Assembly (NCBI GenBank): GCA_022574065.1
Contig: JACZST010000002.1
Coordinates: 1-30,309 of the forward strand
Origin: Acidobacteriota bacterium
GTDB lineage: Bacteria > Actinomycetota > Acidimicrobiia > Spongiisociales > UBA5794
Direction: 5' to 3'
DNA: 30,309 bases
Under the pieces are notes generated by a model. The model searched no databases and had not been told where the DNA came from. It saw only the letters and a program-made list of their open reading frames with translations. The position numbers and the translations under genes are program-made. Every line of letters begins with the position of its first letter. The stretch's first letter is position 1. This document shows positions 8,389 to 17,287 of the stretch, in pieces.

Positions 8389-9939
8389 TTATGTTTCCTT
8401 GGCCAGATCACCAACGGCCTTAACCCTGATGCGTATAGCGTTGCTAGGCAGGTACGCGAGCGGCACCTCCTCCACTTCGACGATTTCAACCGAAGGCGGG
8501 TCGGCTCCAGCCGCTATCGCCAGTTGTGATGCCTCCTCCTTAGCTTGCTCGAGTGCCGCCGGGCGGCCACTTTCAGCGATGGAATAAACCCGGTCGGTCT
8601 CCCCTCCCACCTGGGCGATCGCCGCGCCGACGGCGTTGGCCACTGAGAAGTGTTCGGGACGGATGACGACCGAGGCACATGTCAGATGGTCCTCCAAAAG
8701 CACGCCGCCGCCGCCAACAACAATCAACGGGACGGGATCTGAAGAAGTCTTCATACTGTCAACCGCGTCGGACACCGATTGCTGGATATGGCGGACGGCC
8801 CAGCGCACCAGATCACCGTCGAGACCCTTGACCAGACTCGCATCACCAATGTCGGCCATCCCCGCCGCCACAGCCACATCGGTAGCCGTCAGAGTGTCGC
8901 CACCGAACACCCGCGCCCGTGACAGTAAGTCGTAGCCAACGCTGTCAGGGCCGACTTCGATCTGGCCAGATTCACCACGCACCAGGCTGCCACCCCCGAT
9001 ACCCAACGAGAGAACATCGGGCATGCGAAAGTTGGTGCGTACTCCCCCAATCTCCACTCCGATCGATGCCTCCCTTGGGAACCCGCTGACCAGCACCCCG
9101 ATATCAGCCGTCGTCCCACCGACATCGACTACAGCTGCGGCGCTCATATCGCTTAGGAATGCCGCCCCGCGCATCGAGTTCGTAGGTCCCGATGCGAATG
9201 TAGCCACAGGGTATTGCTTGGCGTACTCAGCATTCATCAGCGTGCCGTCGTTCTGGCTGATGTATAGCGGAGCGTCGATGATCAGCTCTTCAAGCGCAGA
9301 TTGGAACGCCTCAACAATAGAAACGGCGAGTGGTCGCAGACAGGCGTTCAGAATCGTGGCGTTCTCCCGCTCGAGCAGCCCGATTCGGCCGATTTCATGC
9401 GACAAGGTGATGACCATATCGGGAACCTCGGACCGTATTACTTCGGCTGCCTCCCTTTCAAACTCGCCGTTGACTGGGGAGAACACTGACGTGATGGCCA
9501 TTGAGCGGACTCCATTGGCTGCCGTTGTTGAGGCAACCCGCTTCAGCTCATCGTGATCGAGTGCGCTGATCTCTCGACCATCGAATTCGTGACCGCCGTG
9601 GCAGATGTACCCGTGGTTGCCGATGGCCTGTCGTAGCCGATCAGGCCAGTCGACCAAAGGTGGTAGCGCCTCGGTCGCCGGTAGACCCAGACGCACGGCG
9701 GCCGTCGGCACCAGACGCCTCGTCTCGACCACAGCGTTGGTGAAGTGAGTGGTCCCAATCATGACGCTCGTCACTTCAGCGGGCAACAATGTTCCTTCGT
9801 CGACGAGAGACCGCAGTGCAGTCACGATGCCAGTGGTCACATCCGGTGTGGTCGGCGACTTGACCGTCCCCAGCACCGACCGCTCAGTCATAACCACTGC
9901 GTCGGTGTTGGTGCCGCCGACGTCGACGCCTACCCGCAC
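8389..9939 (-). CDS. Hydantoinase A/oxoprolinase-family protein
   Basis: VGVDVGGTNTDAV, VMIGTTHFTNAV, GHEFDG, IGLLERENATILNA, SQNDGTLM, SGPTNSMRGA, VDVGGTTADIG and ANAVGAA. Confidence 0.93.
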   Translation of the reverse strand: MRVGVDVGGTNTDAVVMTERSVLGTVKSPTTPDVTTGIVTALRSLVDEGTLLPAEVTSVMIGTTHFTNAVVETRRLVPTAAVRLGLPATEALPPLVDWPDRLRQAIGNHGYICHGGHEFDGREISALDHDELKRVASTTAANGVRSMAITSVFSPVNGEFEREAAEVIRSEVPDMVITLSHEIGRIGLLERENATILNACLRPLAVSIVEAFQSALEELIIDAPLYISQNDGTLMNAEYAKQYPVATFASGPTNSMRGAAFLSDMSAAAVVDVGGTTADIGVLVSGFPREASIGVEIGGVRTNFRMPDVLSLGIGGGSLVRGESGQIEVGPDSVGYDLLSRARVFGGDTLTATDVAVAAGMADIGDASLVKGLDGDLVRWAVRHIQQSVSDAVDSMKTSSDPVPLIVVGGGGVLLEDHLTCASVVIRPEHFSVANAVGAAIAQVGGETDRVYSIAESGRPAALEQAKEEASQLAIAAGADPPSVEIVEVEEVPLAYLPSNAIRIRVKAVGDLAKET

Positions 9940-9963
9940 AACAACTCCGTCGGCGGACTGCCG

Positions 9964-12237
9964 TTAGCCTTCGAGGGCATCGAGGACGGCTTCGGGTGTG
10001 ATGGGGATCTTGTCGATTGGCCTGCCGATCGCGTCCGCCACCGCGTTGGCGATCGCCCCAGCCACGGGCACGATTGGCGGTTCGGCTACTCCCTTGGCGC
10101 CATAGGGCCCGGCGGAGGCCTCGTGCTGCAGGAGCACAGCCTCAACGTCGGGAACATCAACGGCCAGTGGCAGTCCGTAGGTCTCCAATGACCGCTGCAC
10201 ATACTTTCCCCCTTCGATGTCCAGCCTCTCCCACAGTGCGTACCCCAGGCCCTGAGCGACTCCACCCTGGATCTGACCTGCGACGCCCTGAGGATTGATC
10301 GTCTTGCCAACCTCTTGAGCCACGAGATATCGGAGAACGATGACGTTCCCCGTTACCGGATCTACTTCCACCTCAGCAATGTGGAGGTGGTAGGTCGGAG
10401 TGGGCCAGGTTGGCAACAGCATCCCTGTGGCGCATGTCGGATTGAAGGCAGGGATCGGCGTGGTATAAGAGCCAGTGGCAGCGATCGGGCCCTCGGTGAA
10501 CATCGCCGTCGCTGCAACCTCGGCGAGGGTCACCCGTGATGATCGATCGCCTGTCACATGGACCTCACCGTGCTCGACCACGAGATCCTCTTCCGCCGCC
10601 TCAAGCATGGTTGCCGCGGTTTTCAGCACGCTGTTCTTCACCTCGGCGGTAGCTTCGAATGCAGCCCGGCCGACCACGTGCGTTGTGCGGCTTCCCTGGG
10701 AGCCAGCGTCATACCCGGCAGTATCGGTATCGGGCATGGTAACGACGACCTGATCGGCGGACAAGCCGAGACCCTCTGCCGCGATTTGTCGTACCCCCAT
10801 CGTCACGGCGCCGGATCCATTGTCGGTCGCGGCAGTGATGACCCCCAACGTGCCATCCTCGTTGAGCTTGACCGTGGCCTGTCCTGGCGCCGGGTTGGTA
10901 AGCCACACAGCGGCTGCCATGCCCACCCCACAAAGAGGGTCCTTCCCCAACTCAGCCCACGGCGCTCGCTCTTCGAGCACTTCGAATGCTTCCCGGAGAA
11001 TCGAGGCATCACTGAGGATCTGGCCGTTGAGCATTTCATCGCCGTCGTCCATCAACGCCTGTAGCCGGTAATCACGTCTGTTCACCCCCAGCTCGTTGGC
11101 GATGTGGTCCATGTGCCTCTCGAGCGCGAACACCAGATACGTGCCGCTCACTCCTCGAAAGGCGCCCGTGGGCGCGGTGTTCGTGTAGACCGCCCGGGTG
11201 GCCACCCGGGCGGTGCCTACCCGATACACAGAACCAAAAACGAACATCGGGATGCTGGTCAGATACGGCGCATCGATGGCGTAGGCACCACTATCGAAGA
11301 CGACGTCCACATCAAGAGCCAGGATCTTTCCGGCACTGTCCACTGCAGAGCGGATCTTCACCACCGCGTTCTCGCGGCAGGGAGCGGTGAGAAGGTCCTC
11401 CTGACGCGTGTTGACCATTTTGACCGGCCGCCCGGTCCGGCGAGCCAGAAAAGCCGCGTAGGCCTCGAGACCGAGGTCGAGTTTGGCCCCGAACGCCCCG
11501 CCGATGTGATGTCCGATCACGCGCACCGCGGACTTAGGGACGCCAAGAGTCTGGGCGACGCGGTCGCGCACGTTAAAGGGGAACTGATGCGAGACATGAA
11601 TAGTGAACCGGCCAGCTTCATATGTGGCGAGGGCCATCTTGGGCTCGAGGTAGGCCTGGTACTGCCGGGGAGCGCCATAGACGTCCTCCACCACGAGATC
11701 GGCGGTCTCGAACACTGCATCCACATCGCCAGGATCCGCCACGGTCTCACTCACGATGTTGCCGTCTCGCGGCCACTCGAGATTGCCCATGGTCGCGAAG
11801 GTGGCCCAGCCCGGATGTACGAGCCTGGCACCCGGTGCCAGGGCCTGCTCCGGAGTCGCCACCGGCTCCTGCTCCTCGATCTCGAACTCGATGGCCCCGA
11901 GGGCGGCCTTGGCGATCTCTGGGGTTTCTGCCACGACCGCGGCCAACGGCTCTCCCTCGTATGTGATGTAGTCGGTGGCAAAGAGAGGCATGTCGAACAA
12001 AACGATGCCGGTGCGCTCGTTTGGCACTTCTGCAGCAGTGACAACAGCATGCACGCCGTCCATCGACACCGCCGTGCCGGTGGCAATCGACATCAGCCGG
12101 CCCGCTGCGACGGGAGAGCGGAGAAGCTGCGCATAGACCATTCCGGGCAGGGAGAAGTCGACACCGAATACGGCGGCGCCACTCACTTTGGCGTCACCGT
12201 CGCTTCTCGGAGCGCTCGTTCCAACGGTCACCGTCAT
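9964..12237 (-). CDS. Xanthine dehydrogenase-family molybdopterin-binding (large) subunit
   Basis: RSDGDAKVSG, QAYLEP, IGGAFGAK, TGAFRGVSG, QGSRTT, GQIQGGVAQGLG and GAKGVAEPP (catalytic Glu present). Confidence 0.93.
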   Translation of the reverse strand: MTVTVGTSAPRSDGDAKVSGAAVFGVDFSLPGMVYAQLLRSPVAAGRLMSIATGTAVSMDGVHAVVTAAEVPNERTGIVLFDMPLFATDYITYEGEPLAAVVAETPEIAKAALGAIEFEIEEQEPVATPEQALAPGARLVHPGWATFATMGNLEWPRDGNIVSETVADPGDVDAVFETADLVVEDVYGAPRQYQAYLEPKMALATYEAGRFTIHVSHQFPFNVRDRVAQTLGVPKSAVRVIGHHIGGAFGAKLDLGLEAYAAFLARRTGRPVKMVNTRQEDLLTAPCRENAVVKIRSAVDSAGKILALDVDVVFDSGAYAIDAPYLTSIPMFVFGSVYRVGTARVATRAVYTNTAPTGAFRGVSGTYLVFALERHMDHIANELGVNRRDYRLQALMDDGDEMLNGQILSDASILREAFEVLEERAPWAELGKDPLCGVGMAAAVWLTNPAPGQATVKLNEDGTLGVITAATDNGSGAVTMGVRQIAAEGLGLSADQVVVTMPDTDTAGYDAGSQGSRTTHVVGRAAFEATAEVKNSVLKTAATMLEAAEEDLVVEHGEVHVTGDRSSRVTLAEVAATAMFTEGPIAATGSYTTPIPAFNPTCATGMLLPTWPTPTYHLHIAEVEVDPVTGNVIVLRYLVAQEVGKTINPQGVAGQIQGGVAQGLGYALWERLDIEGGKYVQRSLETYGLPLAVDVPDVEAVLLQHEASAGPYGAKGVAEPPIVPVAGAIANAVADAIGRPIDKIPITPEAVLDALEG

Positions 12238-12716
12238 GGTCGCGTTGATTCCGCGGTTACTGCAGCGACCGCTTCGATGATCTGTCGGTAGCCGGTACAG
12301 CGGCAGATGTTGCCGTCAAGGGCTTCCCTCACCTCGAAGGAGGAGGGAGAGGGATTCTCCTCGAGCAACGCCGTGAGCGTCATCAGAAAGCCCGGAGTGC
12401 AGAACCCGCACTGGACCGAGCCGTGGTCGATGAAGGCCTGCTGGAGCGGCCCTAGTGCGCCGTCCCCGGACAACCCCTCGACGGTGCGCACTTGTCGTCC
12501 TTCGAGCGCGGCGGTGAGGAGTATGCAAGAGTCCACTGGTCTGTCGTCGACGAGGACAGTGCACGCGCCGCACTCTCCTTCGACACATCCATCCTTGGTG
12601 CCGGTCAGGCGTAGTCGCTCGCGCAAAGTGCGCAAAAGGGTCTCACCGGGACCAACTTCAAGGCGATGGGCGACCCCGTTGACGCTGAAAGCCACTGCAA
12701 CACCATTGACCGTCAT
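12234..12716 (-). CDS. Xdh/CoxS-family (2Fe-2S)-binding subunit
   Basis: GCVEGECGACTV, QCGFCTPG and NICRCTGY. Start at ATG 12716 overlaps the FAD-subunit stop (ATGA). Confidence 0.95.
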   Translation of the reverse strand: MTVNGVAVAFSVNGVAHRLEVGPGETLLRTLRERLRLTGTKDGCVEGECGACTVLVDDRPVDSCILLTAALEGRQVRTVEGLSGDGALGPLQQAFIDHGSVQCGFCTPGFLMTLTALLEENPSPSSFEVREALDGNICRCTGYRQIIEAVAAVTAESTRP

Positions 12717-13567
12717 GACGTCACCGCTTCTCGGCACTGGATTGCAGCCCGCTCGAGCAAGCCACCCAAGGTGCGCCTGCGATAGGAGGCCGAGGCCCGA
12801 GCATCATCGATCGGGCAGGCCGCGGCGCGTAACGCCTCACCGGCGGCGTCGAACACGCCTCCGTCCAACCGCGAGCCGATCAACGCCTTCTCCGCGTCTG
12901 GCACCCGCCTCGGTGTCGGAGCAACCGAACAAAGGGCAATACGAGCCGAATCGACTGTGCCGTCGGCTGCGAACCCGATCCGTACGGCCATGCCAACAAG
13001 AGCCACCTCCATGGCCCCACGCCTACCAACTTTGAGGTAGACCTCGCCGGAGCCCCTAGGCAATGGGTCGAGATCGATTGCCGTAAGCATCTCGTCCGGA
13101 TCCATCACCGTTTGGCGGCGGTCGAGAAAGAAGTCCATTAGCGCCAGTCGCCGTCTTCCGCGACGAGATGCCAGGGTGACATACGCATCGGCTACGAGCA
13201 GTGGCGGTACAGTATCTGCCGCCGGAGATGCATTGCAGATGTTCCCGCCGATGGTTCCAACTGCCTGCGTTTGCCAACCGCCCACCGTTCGAGCAGAAGC
13301 GGCCAGGGCCGGATGAACTGCTCCGATGACCTCATCAGTGGCGAGTACGCGGTGAGTCACGAGTGGACCGAGCGTGGTTCGGTGGTTGAGAGAGACGGTT
13401 GTCAAGTCTTCAATGCCCTCGATATGGACGAAAGCCTCTGGCGCAATCTCGCCTGCCAGGTATTGAATCACCGCGTCGGTGCCACCAGCGAGTACCAGCG
13501 CATCATCGCCCAGTTCGCCCAAGAGGTCGAGTGCTTCGTCCAGGGTTTGGGCTCGGTGAAACTGCAT
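12713..13567 (-). CDS. Xdh/CoxM-family FAD-binding subunit
   Basis: LAGGTD, TIGGNICNASPAADT, YLKVGRRGAMEV, ARIALCSVAPTP, PIDDARASASYRR. Confidence 0.93.
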   Translation of the reverse strand: MQFHRAQTLDEALDLLGELGDDALVLAGGTDAVIQYLAGEIAPEAFVHIEGIEDLTTVSLNHRTTLGPLVTHRVLATDEVIGAVHPALAASARTVGGWQTQAVGTIGGNICNASPAADTVPPLLVADAYVTLASRRGRRRLALMDFFLDRRQTVMDPDEMLTAIDLDPLPRGSGEVYLKVGRRGAMEVALVGMAVRIGFAADGTVDSARIALCSVAPTPRRVPDAEKALIGSRLDGGVFDAAGEALRAAACPIDDARASASYRRRTLGGLLERAAIQCREAVTS

Positions 13568-13611
13568 ATCTGTCCAACGCTCCCTTTATCCTGCCGTGTC
13601 GTCCCCTGGCC

Positions 13612-13644
13612 CTGACAAAAGGCCATGGCTATTTCATAATATGC
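13612..13644 (+). promoter_or_regulatory. Sigma70/HrdB-type promoter for DUF917 within a divergent region
   Basis: CTGACA (13612-13617), a 17-bp spacer and CATAAT (13635-13640). An overlapping TATTAT on the minus strand could serve the Xdh operon. Confidence 0.65.
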
Positions 13645-13713
13645 CTGTCCTATAACATTGGGCAACGACCGGGCCAATCTTGGTCTGGCTGCCTGAGCCC
13701 TGGAGGTTTTGCT

Positions 13714-14784
13714 GTGTGGGAAGTTGTCGAAGCCGATCTGCTCCCCGTGTCTATAGGAGCAGGGATCCTGGGCACAGGAGGTGGCGGAAACCCTTATCTT
13801 GGTTACCTGAGAGTGAGGGAGGAGCTCCGCTCAGGAGCCACCGTGAAAGTGATCGATCCCGAGGAGATCGAAGACGACGACAGGCTGGTCGTCGTTGGTG
13901 GTATGGGTTCTCCAGTGGTCACTTACGAGAAGATCGCGCAGGGTGGCGAGGAGACAGCGGCAGCACGCGCTCTCGAAGAGCACCTGGGAGAGAAGTTCGA
14001 TGCAATCGCTCCGTTCGAGATGGGCGGCGGCAATTCGATGGTACCGATGATCGTGTCGGCAAGGATGGGAATCCCGTTGGTGGATGGCGATGGCATGGGT
14101 CGGGCCTTCCCGGAGCTGCAAATGATCACCTATCTCATTTACGGCGGCAGTCCTGCGCCTTCGGCATTGGCCGACGAGCGTGGCAACGTGGTTGTGTTTT
14201 CGGAGGTCGTCGATGCCAGGTGGTTGGAGCGAATTGCCCGTGCTGCGACGATCGAAATGGGGGGCCACGCCGGTCTCGCCACCGCGGTCATGGACGGGGC
14301 GTTCTGCAAAAGGTCGATCATCCCAAACACACTCCGGCTTGCCCGATCAATCGGCCGAGCCGTGCTGCACGCCCGGAAAACGAAGAACGATCCTTCGGCC
14401 GCGGTCATCGCCGTCGCCGGAGGAATGCGCTATCTGAGGGGAAAGGTGACAGACGTCCACCGGCGCCCCGCCAAGGGGTTTGCCCGTGGTCACGTGGTCC
14501 TTGAAGGAGTGGGCGAGGATGCCGGGCGCTCGATCCGGATCGAGTTCCAGAACGAAAACCTGGTGATCTGGGAAGACGACGAGCCAAAGGTGACTGTTCC
14601 TGATCTGATCAGCCTCGTCATCACCGAGACCGGGGAACCGATCACGACCGAGCTAATCCGCTACGGCTTTCGCGCCGACGTCCTCGTCCTCAAGCGCCCA
14701 GACCTACTCGCGACCGAGGAAGCGCTCGCAGTCGTCGGCCCACGCGCCTTTGGCATCGACCTCGACTACCAGCCGGTCTTCTAG
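13714..14784 (+). CDS. DUF917-family protein
   Basis: GAGILGTGGGGNPY, VGGMGSP, FEMGGGNS, DGDGMGRAFPELQM, IEFQNENL, PDLISL, TTELIRYG and VVGPRAFG. Start set at GTG 13714 after GGAGG. Confidence 0.9.
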   Translation: MWEVVEADLLPVSIGAGILGTGGGGNPYLGYLRVREELRSGATVKVIDPEEIEDDDRLVVVGGMGSPVVTYEKIAQGGEETAAARALEEHLGEKFDAIAPFEMGGGNSMVPMIVSARMGIPLVDGDGMGRAFPELQMITYLIYGGSPAPSALADERGNVVVFSEVVDARWLERIARAATIEMGGHAGLATAVMDGAFCKRSIIPNTLRLARSIGRAVLHARKTKNDPSAAVIAVAGGMRYLRGKVTDVHRRPAKGFARGHVVLEGVGEDAGRSIRIEFQNENLVIWEDDEPKVTVPDLISLVITETGEPITTELIRYGFRADVLVLKRPDLLATEEALAVVGPRAFGIDLDYQPVF

Positions 14785-15182
14785 GCCTTCGAGCCTGGCT
14801 CGTACTTCTCGAAATGCTCGTGAACGAGTCGAACGTCGTTGTTCTCGTGAAGCGACACGATCTTCCCTTCTCTGACTTCAAAAACATCGACACCATGGTT
14901 GCTCCAGGGTGCCCCTGCGGCGGTACGAGCGGTTTCGGTCCAAGTCACCGCAGCATGATCGCCATCGATCACCTTGCGCTCAATCCGAAAGTCGAGGTCA
15001 ACGAGCAGTCCCGCAGAGTGATCAAAGAATCGCCGCGCCTCGTCGATGCCTTGTTCATCAACCTGCCCTAAGAACCGAAAAGCGATGTCTTCGCTGAAGG
15101 TCGCCAACATCCCTGCTGGATCGCCAGCGAGATAGGCTTCGTATAGATCGTCGATGACTCGCCGAGTTTCTTCATTCCCCAT
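14781..15182 (-). CDS. NTF2/SnoaL-like protein
   Basis: 133 aa with VIDDLYEAYLAGD...FSED...GDHAAVTW...GVDVFEVREGKIVSL, and AAGGAGG ribosome-binding site. Confidence 0.88.
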   Translation of the reverse strand: MGNEETRRVIDDLYEAYLAGDPAGMLATFSEDIAFRFLGQVDEQGIDEARRFFDHSAGLLVDLDFRIERKVIDGDHAAVTWTETARTAAGAPWSNHGVDVFEVREGKIVSLHENNDVRLVHEHFEKYEPGSKA

Positions 15183-15246
15183 ATACCCTCCTTAGTTCGT
15201 CTGCTCAGCACGGAGACACATCACACCGTCTGCGCGAGCCAGACCG

Positions 15247-16005
15247 CTAGAACGTGTTGAGGCGCAACCCGCCATCGACCGGAACCGTCACGCCGGTGAC
15301 CGAGTCGAACACCGGGCTACACAGCAACACGACCATGTCGGCGAGCTCCCGCCGTGTGACAAGACGTCCCCGTGGCGTTGAGTTCATCACTTTCTCAGCC
15401 CATTCGGGGGCTTTTTCCCTGAGTTCTCCGAGACTTTCGTAGATCTGACCGGGAGCGATGGCATTGACCAGAATCTCCGGGGCCAGCTCCAGCGCCAGCT
15501 CCTCGGTGAGTGTGATGATCGCTGCGTTCGCCAGGGTGTAGATGGATCGATTGCGAACGTATGCAGACGACGCAGAGAGGTTGACGATGCGCCCCCAACC
15601 ATGATCTTTCATCCCAGGAGCAGCAGCACGCGTCATCAGATATGTTGCCTTCGCTTTGACATTCCAAACTCGATCAAACTCGCCTTCCTCCAGCTCGAGA
15701 AAAGGCTTGGCAATGTAAGGACCGGCGTTGTTTACGAGGATGTCGATCGGTCCGTCAAGGGCTCGCTTGGCCTCCGCAATGATCCGCTCGGAGTCGCTCG
15801 GATCGGAGACATCTCCGCCCACAGCCAAATGACGACCGTGGTCCACATCCGGGAGAGACGCTACGACCACCTCAGCCTCGTCACGGGAACTACGGTAGTT
15901 GACGGCGACAGCGGTTCCCGAAGCCGCCAGACGGAGGGCGATCTCGGCACCAAGGTTGCGTGAAGCGCCTGTTACGACGGCTCGGTGCCCGGCGAGCTCA
16001 GCCAT
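15247..16005 (-). CDS. SDR-family oxidoreductase (paralogue 2) with atypical active site (YxxxN)
   Basis: VTGASRNLG, LVNNAG, GRIVNLSA, YTLAN, VNAIAPG, TPRGR and TGVTVPVDGG. The start could instead be 16026. Confidence 0.88.
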   Translation of the reverse strand: MAELAGHRAVVTGASRNLGAEIALRLAASGTAVAVNYRSSRDEAEVVVASLPDVDHGRHLAVGGDVSDPSDSERIIAEAKRALDGPIDILVNNAGPYIAKPFLELEEGEFDRVWNVKAKATYLMTRAAAPGMKDHGWGRIVNLSASSAYVRNRSIYTLANAAIITLTEELALELAPEILVNAIAPGQIYESLGELREKAPEWAEKVMNSTPRGRLVTRRELADMVVLLCSPVFDSVTGVTVPVDGGLRLNTF

Positions 16006-16048
16006 GGTTGCGTGAGTGCCGGTCATGTCGGCCACGAGTTGGGGTAGC

Positions 16049-17287
16049 TCACGAATCCTGAATCTGCGCTTGTAGTGCCGGAAGAGTCGGCTCAATGAGC
16101 GGTACTTCATCAAGTCGAGCGGCGGTCGTTTCGATGTCCTTCAGTCCAGTCGAGGTGCCTATCGCCACAATGACTTCGTCCTCTGCAATGAGATCCTCCG
16201 CTGCGAGTCGCTCTGCAGCTTGAACAGCCGTGACCGAGGAGGCCTCGAGATATAGGCCTTCGTCGGCCGCCAACATCAGCTGGCTGCGCATGATCTCTGT
16301 GTCCTCCCCGACAACGACAGCACGGCCATTGGTCTGTCTCAGCACGCGTACGCCCTGGTAGGTGGCCACATTACCCGCGATCGAGAATGCGACTGACGGA
16401 CGGGCCTGGGTGGTCGCCGGCACGTCACTGCCCTCGAGCAGTGTGGCCGAGAAGGGACCCAACGGCTCAGCGGCTACCAGCCGGGGCATGCTCTCAGAAT
16501 GGCCAAGGGCAGCCAGATCGGCAAATCCACGGAAGATGCCAGCGAGCCCGTCACCGTAGGCGGTCGGCACGACAACCACGTCGGGAACTCCGCCAACCTG
16601 CTCGTAGATCTCATAGGCGATGGACTTATACCCTTCGATGCCAAACGGGTTCGATCCTATTGGAGGGTCCACGAGTCCCGACAGCGGGACCCAGCCCCAC
16701 TCCTCAACGGCCAAACGCATCAGCGACCACCTGTCTTTTGGGCGCTCAACCGCCACGACCTCCGCGCCGTATGCCTGCATGAGCACTTTCATCGTCAGCG
16801 GAACCGAGGCCAACGTCAGAGCGATGCAACGCATGCCAGCTGCAGCAGCGTAGGCAGCAACGGCCGCACCATGGTTCCCGGTGGTCGCCACAACCACAGT
16901 GTTAGCGCCGTCGGCGAGGGCTTTGGTCGTAGCGACGGCGGCAAGCCGATCCTTATACGACCAGGTCGGGTTTCGAGTTTCGTCCTTCAGATAGAGGCGA
17001 GAGAGGCCGAGCCGAGCGCCGGTCCGTTCCAGGTGAAGTAACGGTGTATTTCCCTCGCCCAGGCTCACGACCGGTGCCGCCTCCGGCAATGGCAGCATTC
17101 CTTTTCGCTGAAATAGCCCTGGAGCCGCCGGGTCGGGCGCCCATGATTCCGCCCCGAATTCATATACGGGATGAACGTTGACCGGCACACCTTGGCCGGC
17201 ACACACAGAGCAGCCGTACATGAAGGCCTTCTCCTCGACCTGGGCACCACAGCGTGGACAGGCCAAATAGCACAGATACGCGCTCAC
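16049..17287 (-). CDS. Threonine-synthase-like fold-type II PLP enzyme
   Basis: N-terminal CPRC...CSVC, SLGEGNTPL, LYLKDETRNPTWSYKDR (PLP Lys), ATTGNHG, EGYKSIAYEI and TSTGLKD. GTGA overlap with the upstream gene. Confidence 0.88.
   Translation of the reverse strand: MSAYLCYLACPRCGAQVEEKAFMYGCSVCAGQGVPVNVHPVYEFGAESWAPDPAAPGLFQRKGMLPLPEAAPVVSLGEGNTPLLHLERTGARLGLSRLYLKDETRNPTWSYKDRLAAVATTKALADGANTVVVATTGNHGAAVAAYAAAAGMRCIALTLASVPLTMKVLMQAYGAEVVAVERPKDRWSLMRLAVEEWGWVPLSGLVDPPIGSNPFGIEGYKSIAYEIYEQVGGVPDVVVVPTAYGDGLAGIFRGFADLAALGHSESMPRLVAAEPLGPFSATLLEGSDVPATTQARPSVAFSIAGNVATYQGVRVLRQTNGRAVVVGEDTEIMRSQLMLAADEGLYLEASSVTAVQAAERLAAEDLIAEDEVIVAIGTSTGLKDIETTAARLDEVPLIEPTLPALQAQIQDS

Noticed and set aside
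11104-12291. Long antisense or alternate-frame ORFs (also 3157-3879, 7021-7482, 13680-14504, 28910-29794)
   Set aside because: They overlap well-supported genes, show no family motifs and are expected shadows in GC-rich DNA.
9964-13567. Aerobic CO dehydrogenase (gene order matches coxM-S-L)
   Set aside because: The large subunit has TGAFRGVSG and lacks the AYxCSFR active-site loop of form I CoxL.
13399-13713. N-terminal extensions given by the ORF track (also starts at 6731, 16113, 19916, 22941, 24805)
   Set aside because: They run through neighbouring genes or promoters; downstream starts have ribosome-binding sites or coupling overlaps and match the domain starts.
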